Shown: in pieces, positions 13,073-25,869 of the stretch
Numbering within the stretch: the first letter of the stretch is position 1
Layout: every line of letters starts with the position of its first letter
Assembly: GCF_004010195.1 (NCBI RefSeq)
Contig: NC_057726.1
Coordinates: 14,890,572-14,954,571, forward strand
Direction of reading: 5' to 3'
Source of the DNA: Chiloscyllium plagiosum
Lineage: Eukaryota
DNA: 64,000 bases
Made by a program: the position numbers and the translations under genes
The notes under the pieces: generated by a model
Database searches by the model: none
Seen by the model: the letters and a program-made list of their open reading frames with translations, nothing else
Told to the model about the DNA's origin: nothing

Positions 13073-13272
13073 CATAGGATCCCTACAGTGTGGAAACAGG
13101 CACTTCGGCCCAACAAGTCCACACCGACCTTCCAAAGAGTGTCACACCCAAACCCATTCCCCTACCCAACAACTCAACATTTACCCCTAACTAACACATC
13201 CCTGAAAACTGCAGGCAATTTATCATGGCCAATTCACCTAGCCTGCACAGCTTTGGATTGTGGGAGGAAACC
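13073..13272 (-). mobile_element. HE1-type SINE, 3' half
   Basis: cagtgtggaaacaggc..ccaacaagtccacaccgacc..ggccaattcacc..ttggattgtgggaggaaacc. Confidence 0.8.
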
Positions 13273-13755
13273 AGGGCCACAGAGGCCTACGGAGGCCAAG
13301 TCCTTCAGTGTATTTAAGTCAGGTTCTTGATTGGTAATGGCAAAAGGCAGGAGAATGGGGTTGACAAACACAACAGTAAAAGACTCAATGGGCTGAATGG
13401 CAAAATTCTGCCCTTGTATCTTATGGTCTTACTAGTAGGAACAAACATGGTGCTGAAGACCCTGTTCCGCATCGTTCCATGATCTAAAGAATCCAATATA
13501 ATAGCAATATGACCACTGCAAATTGTGATAAAAGCAGTATTAAACTGAATTAGATTACTGTGTAAATCACTGGAATGAAGAAACAAGGGGACATGTCATC
13601 AAATTAACCATAATGCAAGTACATCTCCATGAAAAGACTAGCATTTATAGAAGGTCTTCCCCAACCATCAGATGTATTAAAGCACCCGACAACCAAAGAA
13701 GTACTGAGAAGCAAGAACTTGCTTTAAGGTGGAGGATCAATCTCTGACTGGATCA

Positions 13756-13869
13756 CAAGATTTAAGTAAAACTAAGCTACTAGAATTAGCAAATAGGTTA
13801 AAGCTGGAATTTCCTGCAAAAGCTAAGAAGGTAAATATAATTAACATGCTGGCGAAGTATTAAAATTTA
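13756..13869 (+). mobile_element. Probable Gypsy (Gmr1-like) gag N-terminal relic
   Basis: Translates QDLSKTKLLELANRLKLEFPAKAKKVNIINMLAKY*NL, resembling the N-terminal helix motif of fish/shark Gmr1-type gag as recalled. Short and isolated. Confidence 0.4.
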
Positions 13870-14214
13870 AACAAAAGAGTATTTCACAATGTGAAATTGG
13901 AGGGAAAGGGTGTGGAAGCATTCATGTATGTTTGTTTGATAACATAGCAAAACAAATGAAGTGGTCCAAAGAAAATTGGACATGCCCCACACAGAGCAGG
14001 TTGACAGGTAGAGTGCATGAGATTTAAGCATATCTGTCTGAGGAAGTTTCAATGGATTACATCATCGTAAAAAAGGCTACTCTGAATCAACATGTACAAG
14101 TTAGTTCCTGAAACATATAGCCAAAGGTTTTGAAATTTCAGAAGTCAGCCTGAGCAAACCTATGTTGAATTTGAAAGGGAGAAAAACACCTCGTATTAAA
14201 GCTCTCACAAAGAT

Positions 14215-15830
14215 TAAACCTTCCATTCCAGGTCATCAAGAATCCCCGACTGATCAAGAATCTATCTATCTCACCCGCAAATATGCAAAAAGACTCCGCC
14301 CCCATATCTCTCTGAGGCAAGGGGTTCCAAATGTTATGAATGTTTTGAGAGAAGAAATTCCTCTTCATCTCAATCTTAAATTGGCACCCCATTATCCTGA
14401 GACTATGCCCTCTGCTTCTAGACTCTCCCATGAAGCAAAACATTCTCTCAGCATTTACTCTGTCACGCTCCTTAAGAATCCTGTATGTTTCCAATGAGCT
14501 CACCTCTCATTCTAAACACCAGTGAGTAAAGTCCCAACCTGTTTAATCTTTGCCCGTAAGACAATCTCTCCATACCAGGGATCCTCCAAGTGAACTTTCA
14601 CTCGACTGCCTCCAATCTAATAGCACCTTTCCTTAGTTAAGGGGATAAAACTGCACACAGTACTCCAGATGTGGTCTCACCAGCACCTTGTACAGTTGCA
14701 GTCAGATTTGCCTACTCTTAAACACCAAATCCGTTGAATTCAGAGTCCATATTGCATTAGCCTTACTAATTACCTGATGCAACTGTGCTCTAGCTTTGTG
14801 ATTTGGGGGAAATGTGCCCCCAAGTCCCTTTCGTGTTGCAGTGTATCTCCATTTGAATAATACTGTTCTTTTGTTCTCCCTTCCAATATGAACAAGTTCA
14901 CAGTTTCCCACATTGTACACTATTTTCCAACTTTTTGCCCATTTACAGAGGAGTCTCGATTATCTGTCATTCGATTATCCGAATGAAATACTCCCCACCC
15001 GTGTCCTTCGGATAATCGAGGTTCCTCTGTATTTAATGTGTCAGTATCTATGTAGATTGTTCATTTATATCTCTCATTGTAACCTGTCATTCCATGTATA
15101 TTTATGTTGACTGCAAGTTTGGCGACAGTACATTCGTTTCCTTCCTCTAAGTCATTCATGGATATTGTAAAGAGTGGCAGTCCTAGCACTGATCCCCATG
15201 GAACCCCATTGGTCATGGGTCACCAACCTGAAAAAGAACCCTTTATCCCCACTCACTGTTTCCTGCCCATGAGTCAATTCACTAACCAACCCAGTTTAAT
15301 TTCTCCAACACCATGGGCTCTTACAGCTTAGCCTTTTGTGAGATGCTGTGTTGAACTCCTTCTGGAAGTCTAAATATTATATTCATGCTGGTTCCTCTCT
15401 ATCCGTTCTGGTTGAGACTCCCTCAGAAAATCTCTTAAGCCATACTGACTCTTCTTGATTTGATTATGGTTTTCCAAATGTGCTGCTATTACTTCATTAA
15501 TAAATGATCCCAACATTTTTCCAAAAGCAAATGTTAGGCTAGTCAATCTATAGTTACCCCTTGTTTTGCTTCCTTCCCTTGTTGAATGGGGATGTCACTT
15601 TGCAGTTTTCAATCTTCCGGTACTTCTCCAGAATCTAAGGATTTCTAGAAAATTACAATCAGCACATCCACTATCTCTGTACTGATCTCTTTCAGCATCC
15701 TCGAATGAAAAGTATCCGAGCCTGGGAATTCATCTGCCTTTATCCCCATAAGTTTGTCTAATACTACTTCCTAGTGATGGTGATGGTACATAATTTCTCC
15801 CCTGTATTCCTTCATATAAATGGGATGTTT
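14215..15830 (-). mobile_element. Decayed CR1 LINE (RT to 3' end)
   Basis: Minus-strand ETYRILK..SRGHSLRI..NFFSQ..WNPLP; MYNVGNCELVHIGREN; GVP.GSVLG (gggatcagtgctaggact); YLDFQK. Confidence 0.85.
14946..15029. mobile_element. 84-bp Tc1/mariner (Tigger/pogo-like) MITE inserted in CR1
   Basis: TIRs CAGAGGAGTCTCGATTATC / GATAATCGAGGTTCCTCTG flanked by TA at 14944-45 and 15030-31. Confidence 0.8.
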
Positions 15831-16639
15831 GAAATATCTTCCACTGCAAAGATAGTCCAGTTAGCTTTCATTGCACTTATCTGAGGGAGATTTTTAGTGT
15901 AGCCTTGACTATTTTCTTTCCTTGAATGAATTTGATGCTTATTCCTATAATTTCCATCACGGTTTTCATATCCCACAAACAGGAGCATCAACAGTGATTA
16001 TTCCTGAATGAATATCTTTGTGAACAGTAGCAAAACACTGTGATTGAAAGAATTATTAATAAAGCTGTCATATTTGGCAGTGATATTTTTTATTTTGTTG
16101 GCAGTCAGAAATTTAAGCCAAAATGGACATCGTGAGAAAGAAATTAAATATATTCCCATTGAAAAATCTGTTTATGAACTACTTTTTCAGTCAGTATTTG
16201 GCTGATTTTTGTCATAACTTAATACATATGATTGACAGGCTGTCTACTCAGAATAATTGCTTTTCTACATATTCAGCAACACTACTACTTAATAATATTT
16301 AGTTGCAACCAAAATAGTCCAACAAGAAATTTCTTCATCTCCATGAGATTGTGATGGTGTTTAATAAAGACAAAATCACAGTTGGTGGTTTCGGAGGTTG
16401 ATAGTTATCTGATTAGTTTCACCTCGCACTGTTTGATCCCTTTACCCCTAGGATGTACATGTATCTCCTTCTCAAAAACAATTCATTGTTTTGTCCTCAA
16501 CTTTTTTGTGATAGACACTTCCTCAGACTGCCAACTGTCTGGATCAAGAAACTTCTCCTTATCTCTGTCCGAAATGACCTGCCCCGTATTTGTCGACTGC
16601 ATCAGAATCATCCTTCCTTTGTTTACTGTGTCATGTTAG

Positions 16640-17545
16640 AAATTTATAGGTTTCTATGAGACCGCAACCCCACCCCCCCCATTCTGCCAAACTCTATTGA
16701 ATACAGTCCAAACTGATCCAGTCTGTCTTCAGATGTAAAGGTGGTAGAAATCAGTGTGATAAACCTTCACTGCATTCCATCCTTAGTCAGAATATCCTTT
16801 TAGATAAGGAGACCAAAACTGCACACAATATTACAGATATGGTTTAAACAAGTCTTTCGAAGAAAGTGAGTACTGCAGATGCTGGAGATCAGAGTCAAGA
16901 GTGTGGTGCTGGAAAAGCACAGCAGGTCAGGCAGCATCCGAGGAGCAGGAGAATCGATGTTTCGGCCTCCTCGTTTCTTCTGCTCCTCGGATGCTGTCTG
17001 ACCTGCGGTGCTTTTCCAGCTCCATACTCTCGGCTCATCAAGTTCCTGTACAATTGCAGTCAGTTATTACTGCTCATGTACTCAAATCCTCTCACTATGA
17101 AGGTCACCATACCATTCACCACCTGCTGCACCTGCATGCTTCCTCTCAATGGACACCCAGGTCTCAATGCACCTCTCCCTTTCCCACCCTATCACCATTC
17201 AGAACATCATCCACTTTTCTGATTTTACTGCCAAACTGGATGACCTCACATTGATCCAGATTATACTTCAAGTGTCATGTATTTGCCTAGTCACTCAGCT
17301 TGAAGCATTTCTGCATCCTCCTCACAGCCTACCCTCCCACATAACTTTGCGTAATCTGCAAACTTGGAGATATTTCATTTGATTCTCTCATCTAAAGCGT
17401 TAATATAAAATGTGAATAAAAGGGTCCAGGCTCCAATTCCTGCAGTATCCCACCAGTCATTGCCTGTGCTTCAGAAGAAGACCTGTTTATTCCTAGTCTT
17501 TGTTTCCTGTTGGTCAACCAGTTTCCTATCCATATCAGTACACTA
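16640..17545 (-). mobile_element. Decayed CR1 fragment with a nested PLE family A palindrome (~16861-17035)
   Basis: CR1 reverse motifs (gaccaaaactgcacacaata; tccagattatactt). The nested element has gaaagtgagtactgcagatgctgg...gcaggagaatcg inverted against ctgctcctcggatgctgtctgacctgc. Confidence 0.7.
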
Positions 17546-18381
17546 TCCACCCCACCCCCATCTCACGAGCTTTCATTTTGCATAATCACAAAACAGGGAG
17601 CACACTTATTTTGGCTTGTTCTGTTTATGTTTATTATGCTTCTGAATTATAGAATGGACATAGCGGCACTAAAAAAAAGATTTGCAATGATGACATGCCT
17701 CCTCAAGACTGAACAAGCTTAATAGAGGTCATTACAATTATGAAGACATTTAATAGCTTGGATATAGAAAAAGGGTTGCTTCTGTAGTAGTGACCACAAC
17801 TAGATGCCTGAAGTACCGCAAGAGTCACCCACAAAATCAATTGGGAATCCAGAAAAAATGCCGTTACCCAGAGAATAGTTTGATTGTGAAACACACTACC
17901 ACGAAGAGGAGTTAAGGGAAATATCGTCGATGTATTTTGAATGATGCTAGTTAAGTATACAATATGAAGGAAAAGAAATAGACATGATAAAAGGACGAGA
18001 GTAGGTGCATTTGGACAAGATGGTTAAATCTTGACTTAGAAAGAAGTGTTCAGAATCATGTTGGTGACCACTTACCAAACATGCTAAGCTAATTATAAGC
18101 AAACTGGGTGTTTTTGAAATTATTGCACGTACATGCAAAGAAAACTCTGGGCCCCAATGAAACGCCTCCATGGATTTTAATGTTAGCAGCTGATGAACTG
18201 GCTCTGATTGGAACCATATCTTAGCTGGTGTTGATTAACACTTCAATGTCGTGCATCAGTAGAGACAAGCTAACATCTGTAGATGGAAATGGGAGATAGC
18301 AGTTAGCCAGAAAACTGGAGACTTATCTCTCACCAAAGGCATTTGCTAATTACTTGAACATATCATTAATTCTAAGGGAAT

Positions 18382-18660
18382 CTGGTGATGTAATGGTAAT
18401 GTCACTGGGCTAGTAATCCCGAACCCCACGTTAATATTCTGGGGTAATTCAATAAGAAGCTGATCTAATAGTGACCATGTAACTATTGTTGATTCATTGT
18501 TTTAAAAACCCATCTGTGTCACTAGTGCCCTGAAGGGAAGGAAATCTACCATCTTTACCTCGTCTGGCCTACATGTAACTCCAGACGCACAGCAATTCTG
18601 AACTGCCCTCTGGCCAATTAGGGAAATGTTGATCTAACCAATGGTGCCCACATCTGATAA
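18382..18660 (+). mobile_element. tRNA-headed SINE (same family as 8352)
   Basis: ggtgatgtaatggtaatgtcactgggctagtaatcc..aaaaacccatctg..ctggcctacatgtaactccagac..aactgccctctggccaattaggg. Confidence 0.75.
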
Positions 18661-18794
18661 GCCAAGTTTTAAAATTCCTTATCATGAAGAATTTTGAATG
18701 CCAATATATCCTGGTACATAGCATGGTTTCTGATTGATCTACTGAAACACAGACTGTTGATGACCTCACTTCAAGCTTTGAAAGAGGTTTTCTC

Positions 18795-19660
18795 ATGTGA
18801 TGATAATGGATTTCTCAAAATGCTTTGACAAAATGTCTCATGGAAAAGTTCTTGTCCAGACTTCACTCTGGTAGAATCCTGGGACATTGTTGTACACAAT
18901 CCAACAGCATACGAAGAGTAGTGAGTGAAGGGGAAGTTGTCCTCTCCAGAGAGCCCCAGGAGACAGTGCTGCAACCTTCACTCTTCTTGGCATACACAAA
19001 TGATCTTTCCAACAAGTTTATAAAAAGAAAACTCAAGATCCTTCCAATTCTGGATTTGCAGAAATGGCAGCACGAATGGAAGATTGCATTCAATACCAAA
19101 AAAAGCGTACGTCATGTGCATTACAAGAATCCACCTATGGATAGCTTTATTTTCAGTAAACATAATTGTCTGACAGAGAAATACACAACTATACTTGGGG
19201 GTTCATCTTAAAAAAAACAATTGTCAGTCCGGAGTCCATTTTCAGCAGTTAACGACATCCATAACAAACAGCGTTCTCAGATTTCTGAGGAGGAATATTT
19301 AGCATTGCAACAAAAAACCTTGGAGTTACAGCTTACCAGATATTTGTTTAACTAGTCCTGGAGTGTGTGGTGTGTAATCTGGCAAGAAATGCAAGTTATT
19401 GAAGTTAGTCAAACAGTGTGGTGCTGGAAAAGCATAGCCGGTTAGGCATCATCCAAGAAGCAGGAGAATCAATGTTTCGGACATAAGCCCTTCATCAGGA
19501 ATGGCTTATCTCTGTTATCTCTGGATGTCGTGCATGATACTGCATGGGTCAGTGGAGCAATACCCCAGGGTCACATCCTTGATCAAAGATTTGAAACAGG
19601 AGTCACTGAGCAAAGGAGGGAGAAAAATGATCTGACCCTATTTCATAAAAATTGCACATT
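18795..19660 (+). mobile_element. Old divergent non-LTR RT relic with a nested PLE-A terminus (~19410-19503)
   Basis: MDFSKCFDKMSH, PQETVLQPSLFLAYTNDL (degenerate VPQGTVLGPLLF..YINDL), LQKWQHEWKIAFNTKK and a C-terminal VTSLIKDL..SL..RR..DLTLFHK motif. Confidence 0.65.
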
Positions 19661-19723
19661 TTTGAGATCCCAGAGTGAACCCTTGCTTGATATATTATAA
19701 TGTTCATTTTTGCAGTTGCTTAC

Positions 19724-20571
19724 TGTGATGGTTAGTACCTGAAATATATTCATACCAGGCTGCAAATGTTCTTTAACAAAAGGACACAAGTTTATTACAC
19801 AAGCTACTTGTGACAACATAAAAGCAAAGTTCCAACTTGTTTCTCAGCAGGATCTTCTTACAGCTACTCCATTCTTAAAATAGATATCATTGCTATCTGA
19901 ACTCTTTAATTTCTTACATAACTGACCAGTTTTCCTTCTTGGAATGCTGAGGCAGTTTTGTGACTTATTTCCAGTTCAGATTACCTAACCTTTGTCTTTG
20001 TCAGTTCTGACGACTTGAAAACTTGCATACAAAGGTTGGCAACTTGACAAATTCAAGCCTTTGTGCTCATGGGGAATTGTTCTCCAGAATTGAAAACTAG
20101 ATTCTTCTAAACTGCAAACAACGTGGAAACTAGTGGCCCTCAGTGCATTTCTCTGTTTGTCAGTAAACTCAGCAGCACAAGCATTCAATCAGTTAACATC
20201 CCAAGTATTACCTGCTATGCATTAACTGAAGCATATGCTTTCCTGGAAATAATGTACTTAGGTCACTGTTTAAGATGATTTTCCAACCTTTTTAAAAACA
20301 AGTCACCTTCACAGACCTGTAACCAGACTCCATCTGCCTCTGTCTTAGAAATTAAATTATAAAAAATCGAAAGATCTTGAACATCTTTCTCATAGTATTG
20401 ATAGAATCAAGAACCCAGTGCTTCTGGCAGTGACACAACAGAAGTTAGCCACTTAGATAAACCATAAAGACCATTTGTTTTAAAAGACAGCGCTTCAAAA
20501 CTTTTTCTTCCCAAAAATGGAATATCCCAATAGAACAAATTGCCAATGGAAATAATTACAGCCCCATCACT
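19724..20571. mobile_element. Possible solo LTR
   Basis: Ends TGTGATGG...CCATCAC(t), with tttatt near the left end. No clear TSD. Confidence 0.3.
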
Positions 20572-20704
20572 TGAATCCTCAAGATTCAGCTTTAGATTAC
20601 TTTTATTTGTAAGATTTCATGATTAGGAGTACCATTTCAGCAACTGACTCCTTGTTAGCTCAGACTACCCATATCAATATTGGCAGAATATGGATATTAA
20701 TCTG

Positions 20705-20803
20705 TGACAAAGAGTATGGGTGCTGGAAGAGCACAGCCGGTCAGGCAGCATCCGAGGAGCAGGATAATCGACATTTTGAGCAAAAACCCTTCATCAGGAA
20801 TGA
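20705..20803 (-). mobile_element. PLE family A terminus
   Basis: gtgctggaagagcacagccggtcaggcagcatccgaggagcagg..cccttcatcaggaatg. Confidence 0.7.
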
Positions 20804-21321
20804 GGCTCATTAGTCTGTGATGCCAAGACAATGAAAGCAGAAAAAGAAGTTTGGAAAGAAGTATTGGGAAAAGCTGCACCCATTGATGGGAGTATCACTA
20901 ATAAGAGGACACCAATTTAAAGTAATTGGCAAAAGGCAACACGAGGAGAGACCTTTTTTTATCATAGCGATGGGTTGGAATCTCGAATGTGCTATCTGTG
21001 ATTGTGGAGCAGGCAGTTCAACTGCACCTTTTTAAAAAAGGATTTGGATCGTAATCTGAACTGGACAAATGTGCAAGGGTACTCTGAAAAGGTAGCAGAG
21101 TGGCACGAGGAAAATAGACATCATGGACTAAATAGTCTCCTGTGCCACAGCTGTAATATCATTTTGTTAATCTATTCTGTGCGTTCAGTGCAATTCTGCG
21201 TAACAGCAATTCTTACCAATCAAAGGTGATCAGTTCTCAGTTGGACTTTTAAGTGATATTTTATTGCTGCTGCAATACTTGTTTTAACAAATAACTTCTA
21301 AATATTTTATTTTAAATATTT

Positions 21322-21945
21322 TATGATTTGGAGGTGCCCATGTTGGACTGGGGTGGACAAAGTTAAACGTCACACAACACCAGGTTATAGTTGGTGGACA
21401 AAGTTAAACGTCACACAACACCAGGTTATAGTTCAAGGAGAAAGTGAGGTCTGCAGATGCCGAAAATGTGTTGCTGGAACAGCGCAGCAGGTCAGGCAGC
21501 ATGACCTGCTGCGCTGTTCCAGCAACACATTTTTGACCAGGTTATAGTTCACCAGGTTTATTTGGAAGCACTGGCTTTCAGAGCACTGCTCCTTCATTAG
21601 GTGGTTGTGAAGCAGAATCATAAGGCACGGAATTTATAGCAGGTTTGCAGTGTCATGGAATGTAATATTCAGCAAATTTAGCTGAAGTCTTTCATCTTTT
21701 AGAATGATCATGTTAGTTTCAGTTCCTTCATATGTAAATCCGAGAACTTTTTTAAAGTTACATTCTCAAGATAGCTTTAACAATCATGCCATCTCAGCTC
21801 AGATAATGCATTTAAGGTGAAAGTCTGTGTCCCAATGTTAGGTCAGACTGACTCTGTTTCTAAAGTGGGATTTACAGAATCGTACTCACTCCCACACACG
21901 CACCCTGTCACAGACTTATACCCCATTACACTCATACACATATAC
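21322..21945 (-). mobile_element. PLE family B 3' end with a 41-bp tandem duplication (21352-21433) and a nested family A palindrome (21436-21535)
   Basis: Same terminus and UTR as 30998-31500. The nested insert is flanked by a 16-bp TSD accaggttatagttca at 21420-21435 and 21536-21551. Confidence 0.8.
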
Positions 21946-23245
21946 ACACAGTCGCTACCTCACCAATTAAGTGCTGGGTAAGTTGGCCCACTGGGGACTT
22001 CCCAGCAGCAAGGCCTTGAAATGGCCAATTCATAGCCTACCTGATGGATGAGGAAAATGGCTGGCTTTTCAACTGGGGATACCAAGGTAAACTACCTGCC
22101 CTGCTGAGTGATGGAGGGCTTCATTTGCCCCACGCTGGGGCCATGTGGATGGGGACAAGGGCATGGCTTCTGAAAGTCATCCACTTGTCCTTTCCTCCAC
22201 CCAACTTGGTCACATTGTCTATAGGTGCTGAAATCATGTAGGAACTATGCTACTGACTGATTTATAGTAGCTGAGTAATTCAAATTCGAATTTTTAAAAA
22301 CATTATATTTTTACTGGTGCAGGAGGTCAAATTCCAGAACTCTTCAGTATTCTGAAATGAGTAATTTTTACTGTTATGACAGTGAATACATGTGCCTTTG
22401 TGTTACTCAGAGGTTATAACGCATGTCAGAATGTCTGCATCATTGGAAGAGAATGCTGCAGAGAAACAAGATTGAACGAAGTGATTGAGATCATCAGAGG
22501 CTCAGACCTGGCCTGAATATCAGACTACATGCAAACACTGAAACAGTTTTATTCTGAAAAACTGAAAATAAAAAAAATCCTGGGAGTTGTTTGGCAGCTA
22601 ATTTTATCATTCAGAAAGACTAGGAATGCTCAGTGTATGACCACTGTCTGTGGCCAGAGAAACAAAGTTAATGTTTCAAGGGATGACCTTACATCAGAAT
22701 GATAAAAAAAAGGAGACATGAAATCTTCATTCTGTTTCTCTCTCCCTCTCCAGTAGATGATGCTTGATATTCTAAATATTTCTTATTGATATTTAAATTT
22801 CCATTTTATGTCTTTATGTTTACTTGAAGTGTGATACCGTGTTGGCCTCTGTGAAGTTCTTATATTCAACCAGAGATATTTACAGTTGGAAGTGTATAAC
22901 CTGTTAAACATTGAATTGCATAAGCCATTAATCATAGGTCTTCCTAAGAGACTCCCTCTGTTGGTACATGTATGTATTGTAAACTTAAGTTGGCAAAATG
23001 CACTGTGCAATTTTCAATACATTACAGCTTCCATGTTGTTAAGTCTTCGATCTTGCTCTTCCAAAACTAGTTTCTTGCAATGAAAGCAGGAAGGCAGGGA
23101 GTAGTTAATGTGGTCACTAAATAGGCCAGCTTACAATATGCGGACAGAATACAGGCCTTCACTCAAGTGCTTAGTTAATCCGCATTTCGCCTCCCAGCTA
23201 TCCTGGAGCCCAGCAGAATGAGCGTTGAACAGCAAGAGTTTATAA

Positions 23246-23783
23246 CTAATGTTATCTACAAAATACCGTGCAAGGACTGTAACAAACACTACATTGGACA
23301 AACAGGCAAAAAGCTAGCCACCAGGATACATGAACATCAACTAGCCACAAAACGACATGACCCTCTCTAATTAGTATCCTTACATACAGATGAGGAAGGA
23401 CACCACTTCGACTGGGACAACACATCCATTCTAGGACAAGCCAAACCGAGACACGCATGAGAATTCCCAGAGGCATGGCATTCCAACCAGACCTCTATCA
23501 ACAAACACACCAAGTTTGACCCCATCTATCACCCCCTGAGAAAAAGAACAGGAAAGATATCAACATAGGAAATGATGTCACCACAAGAAATTACATCACC
23601 AACCCAAAGAAACCCAAACATAAAAATAGAAAGCAGGAATTATCAACAGTGCTTCGCCCGTGGGGTCCACTGAAGATGTTACCGAGTAGGGTGACGAAAC
23701 GTCTGGAAATGAACTTTCCAGCTCAGCGAGCAAACTTACGTCCAGAACCTCAACCTAAGCTTCACATCTTCTCAAAACTCACT
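23246..23783 (+). mobile_element. PLE family C (Penelope/Poseidon-like) 3' end with GIY-YIG endonuclease relic
   Basis: TNVIYKIPCKDCNKHYIGQTGKKLATRIHEHQLATKRHDPL*...HHFDWDNTSILGQAK..EAWHSN..SINKH, followed by a 3' UTR containing a hammerhead motif. Confidence 0.9.
23666..23707 (+). ncRNA. Minimal type I hammerhead ribozyme motif (PLE family C)
   Basis: UCCA-CUGAAGA-U-GUUACC(gaguag)GGUGAC-GAAA-CG-UC-UGGA. Core intact, 6-bp stem II, palindromic ACGU stem III, 4-bp stem I. Activity untested. Confidence 0.75.
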
Positions 23784-24444
23784 AAGAGTTTATGAGCCCC
23801 TGGAGAGTAATGCAAATCAAACCTGATTACAAGATTGCTTAAAATGGCCCAAGAATAACAAGGAAATCCTGGCAGCCATTGCTTCTGTACAAAGAGAAAA
23901 GTGGAGGATGTGTTCTGTTGTGGTGTTCTTCTGTGTCTGATGTCAGAAGAAGATTTCATGAATGCAGAGGTTCTTAGCTTTTGTAGACAAGAGTACAAGC
24001 AACTTGCGTGAGAGAATGTAGTGAAAGCCATAGCACGAGAATTAAGGTAGATGCAGGCAGAAGCCCTAGAACCCACTATAAAAGGGAAACATTGACACAG
24101 AAAAAAGGACATTTAAATTGCTTTGCTTCAGCAAATGTTTGATAATGCTCTTTTAAGGTGCCTTGGGGCGCTTTATTGGGTAAAGATGCTGTAAAAATGC
24201 CCCAAGTTGTTACTAGAAGAGTTGCCTCAAGAGAGGGAGATCTGCAGCTGATGGGTCCTTTCCAAAACACAATATCAATGTGACTTGGAGTCCATCTGTA
24301 AATCAAACACACTCCTGTATCATTTTAAGTGCCAACCATTTGTAAATATTTTAATCCCTAAGTATTGATTCAGATGCTCAATTATGAAAACAGTGCAGGT
24401 GGAACCATCTCCAAACAAAAAGTAAAGGAATTACTTTGATCATG

Positions 24445-25325
24445 ACACCAAAATAGGTGGTGTAGTGGGCAGTGAAGAAGATTATCTCAGAGCCCAAAGG
24501 GACCTTGATCAGATGGGCCAACGTGGCGATGGAGTTTAATTTAGATAAATGTGAGGTCGTGCATTTTGGTAAGGCAAACCAGGGCAGGATTTGTACAGTA
24601 AATAGAATGCCCTGGGAAGTGTTGCCAAACAAAGACACCTTGAGGTACAGGTGTGTAGTTCTTTGAAAGTAGAGTCTCAGATAGATAAGGTGGTGAAGAA
24701 GGCTTTTGATATGCTTGCCTTTATTGGTCAAACTGTTGAGTATAGGAGTTGGGATGTCATATTGGCACTGTACAGGACATTGATGAGTCCACTTTTAGAA
24801 TACTGCATACAGTCCTGCTCACTCTTCTATAGGAGGGATGTTGTTAAACTTGGGAGGATACAGAAAGGATTTATAAGCATGTTGCTGGCACGAGAGGATT
24901 TGTGCTACAGCGAGAGGCTGAGTAGGCTGAGACTTTTTTCCCTGGAGCATTGGAGGCTGAGTGGTGACATTTATAGAGGTTTTTAAAATCATCAGGATCA
25001 TGGATATGGTGAATAACCAAGGCTCTTTTTTTCCCCAGGTTAGAGAAGTCCAAAACTAGAGGGCATAGGTTTAAAGTGAGAAAAGAAAGATATAAAAAGG
25101 GTAACTTTTTCACACAGATGGTGATGTGTGAATGGAGTGAGCTGCTCGAGGAAGTGATGGAGGTGGGTACAATTACAACATTTGAAAGAATGGGTATATG
25201 AATAGGAAGGGTTTAAAAGGATATGGGCCAAATGCTGGCAAATGGGGCTATGTCAGATTGGAATGTCTGGTCAGCGCATATGAGTTGGACCAAAAGATCT
25301 GTTTCTATGCTGTATGACTCTTGAC
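24445..25325 (+). mobile_element. CR1 (HER1-like) LINE 3' fragment
   Basis: MEFNLDKCEVVHFGKANQGR; LKVESQIDKVVKKAFDMLAFIGQTVEYRSWDVILALYRTL; 3' UTR. Confidence 0.9.
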
Positions 25326-25869
25326 TTTATATGAGGGTGTTTATTTGTTGTTCATGTGTCTGTATATTTTAAGAACACCCAAGAGGTGATGGAAGATCTG
25401 AAAGTGTTGAGGATAGATGCGAGAGCAATGCAAATAATTAATCTCAATCATTATTTTAACCTCAGTCAAATGAGTAAGTATGGGAACAAAATTCTTTAAA
25501 TGAGAGCCCTGTGCCCTTTAAGAAAATGGATATAAAGACCCCAGGGAAGATGCAAACCTGATTTCAAAAGTCATTGGGAGATTGAGACCAATGGTCCCTC
25601 TAAGTTGCACAGCCACTCACAGGTTCCAGCCATTGACTTCCAGTTTTCGAAGTTGCCATCACATAGACCTCGGAGATTTGAACACTGGATAAATAAAATT
25701 CTGGGATTATTGATCAAGACTGAGCAGGCTAGGGTTCTATTCTCTGGCAAAGAAGGATGTTAATAGAAATCTTCAAAATGAAGGTTAACTAATTTCCCTC
25801 TTAAGTATACTTCTACTGCATGTTACTCTTATAAAGATTCACTCGATCTCTGCTGTCTATACCTGACAT

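Noticed and set aside
22163-22225. ATGGCTTCTGAA (MASE...) as CDYL2/CDYL exon 1
   Set aside because: It continues SHPLV rather than ..LYE, has no donor after codon 8 and has no CpG-island context.
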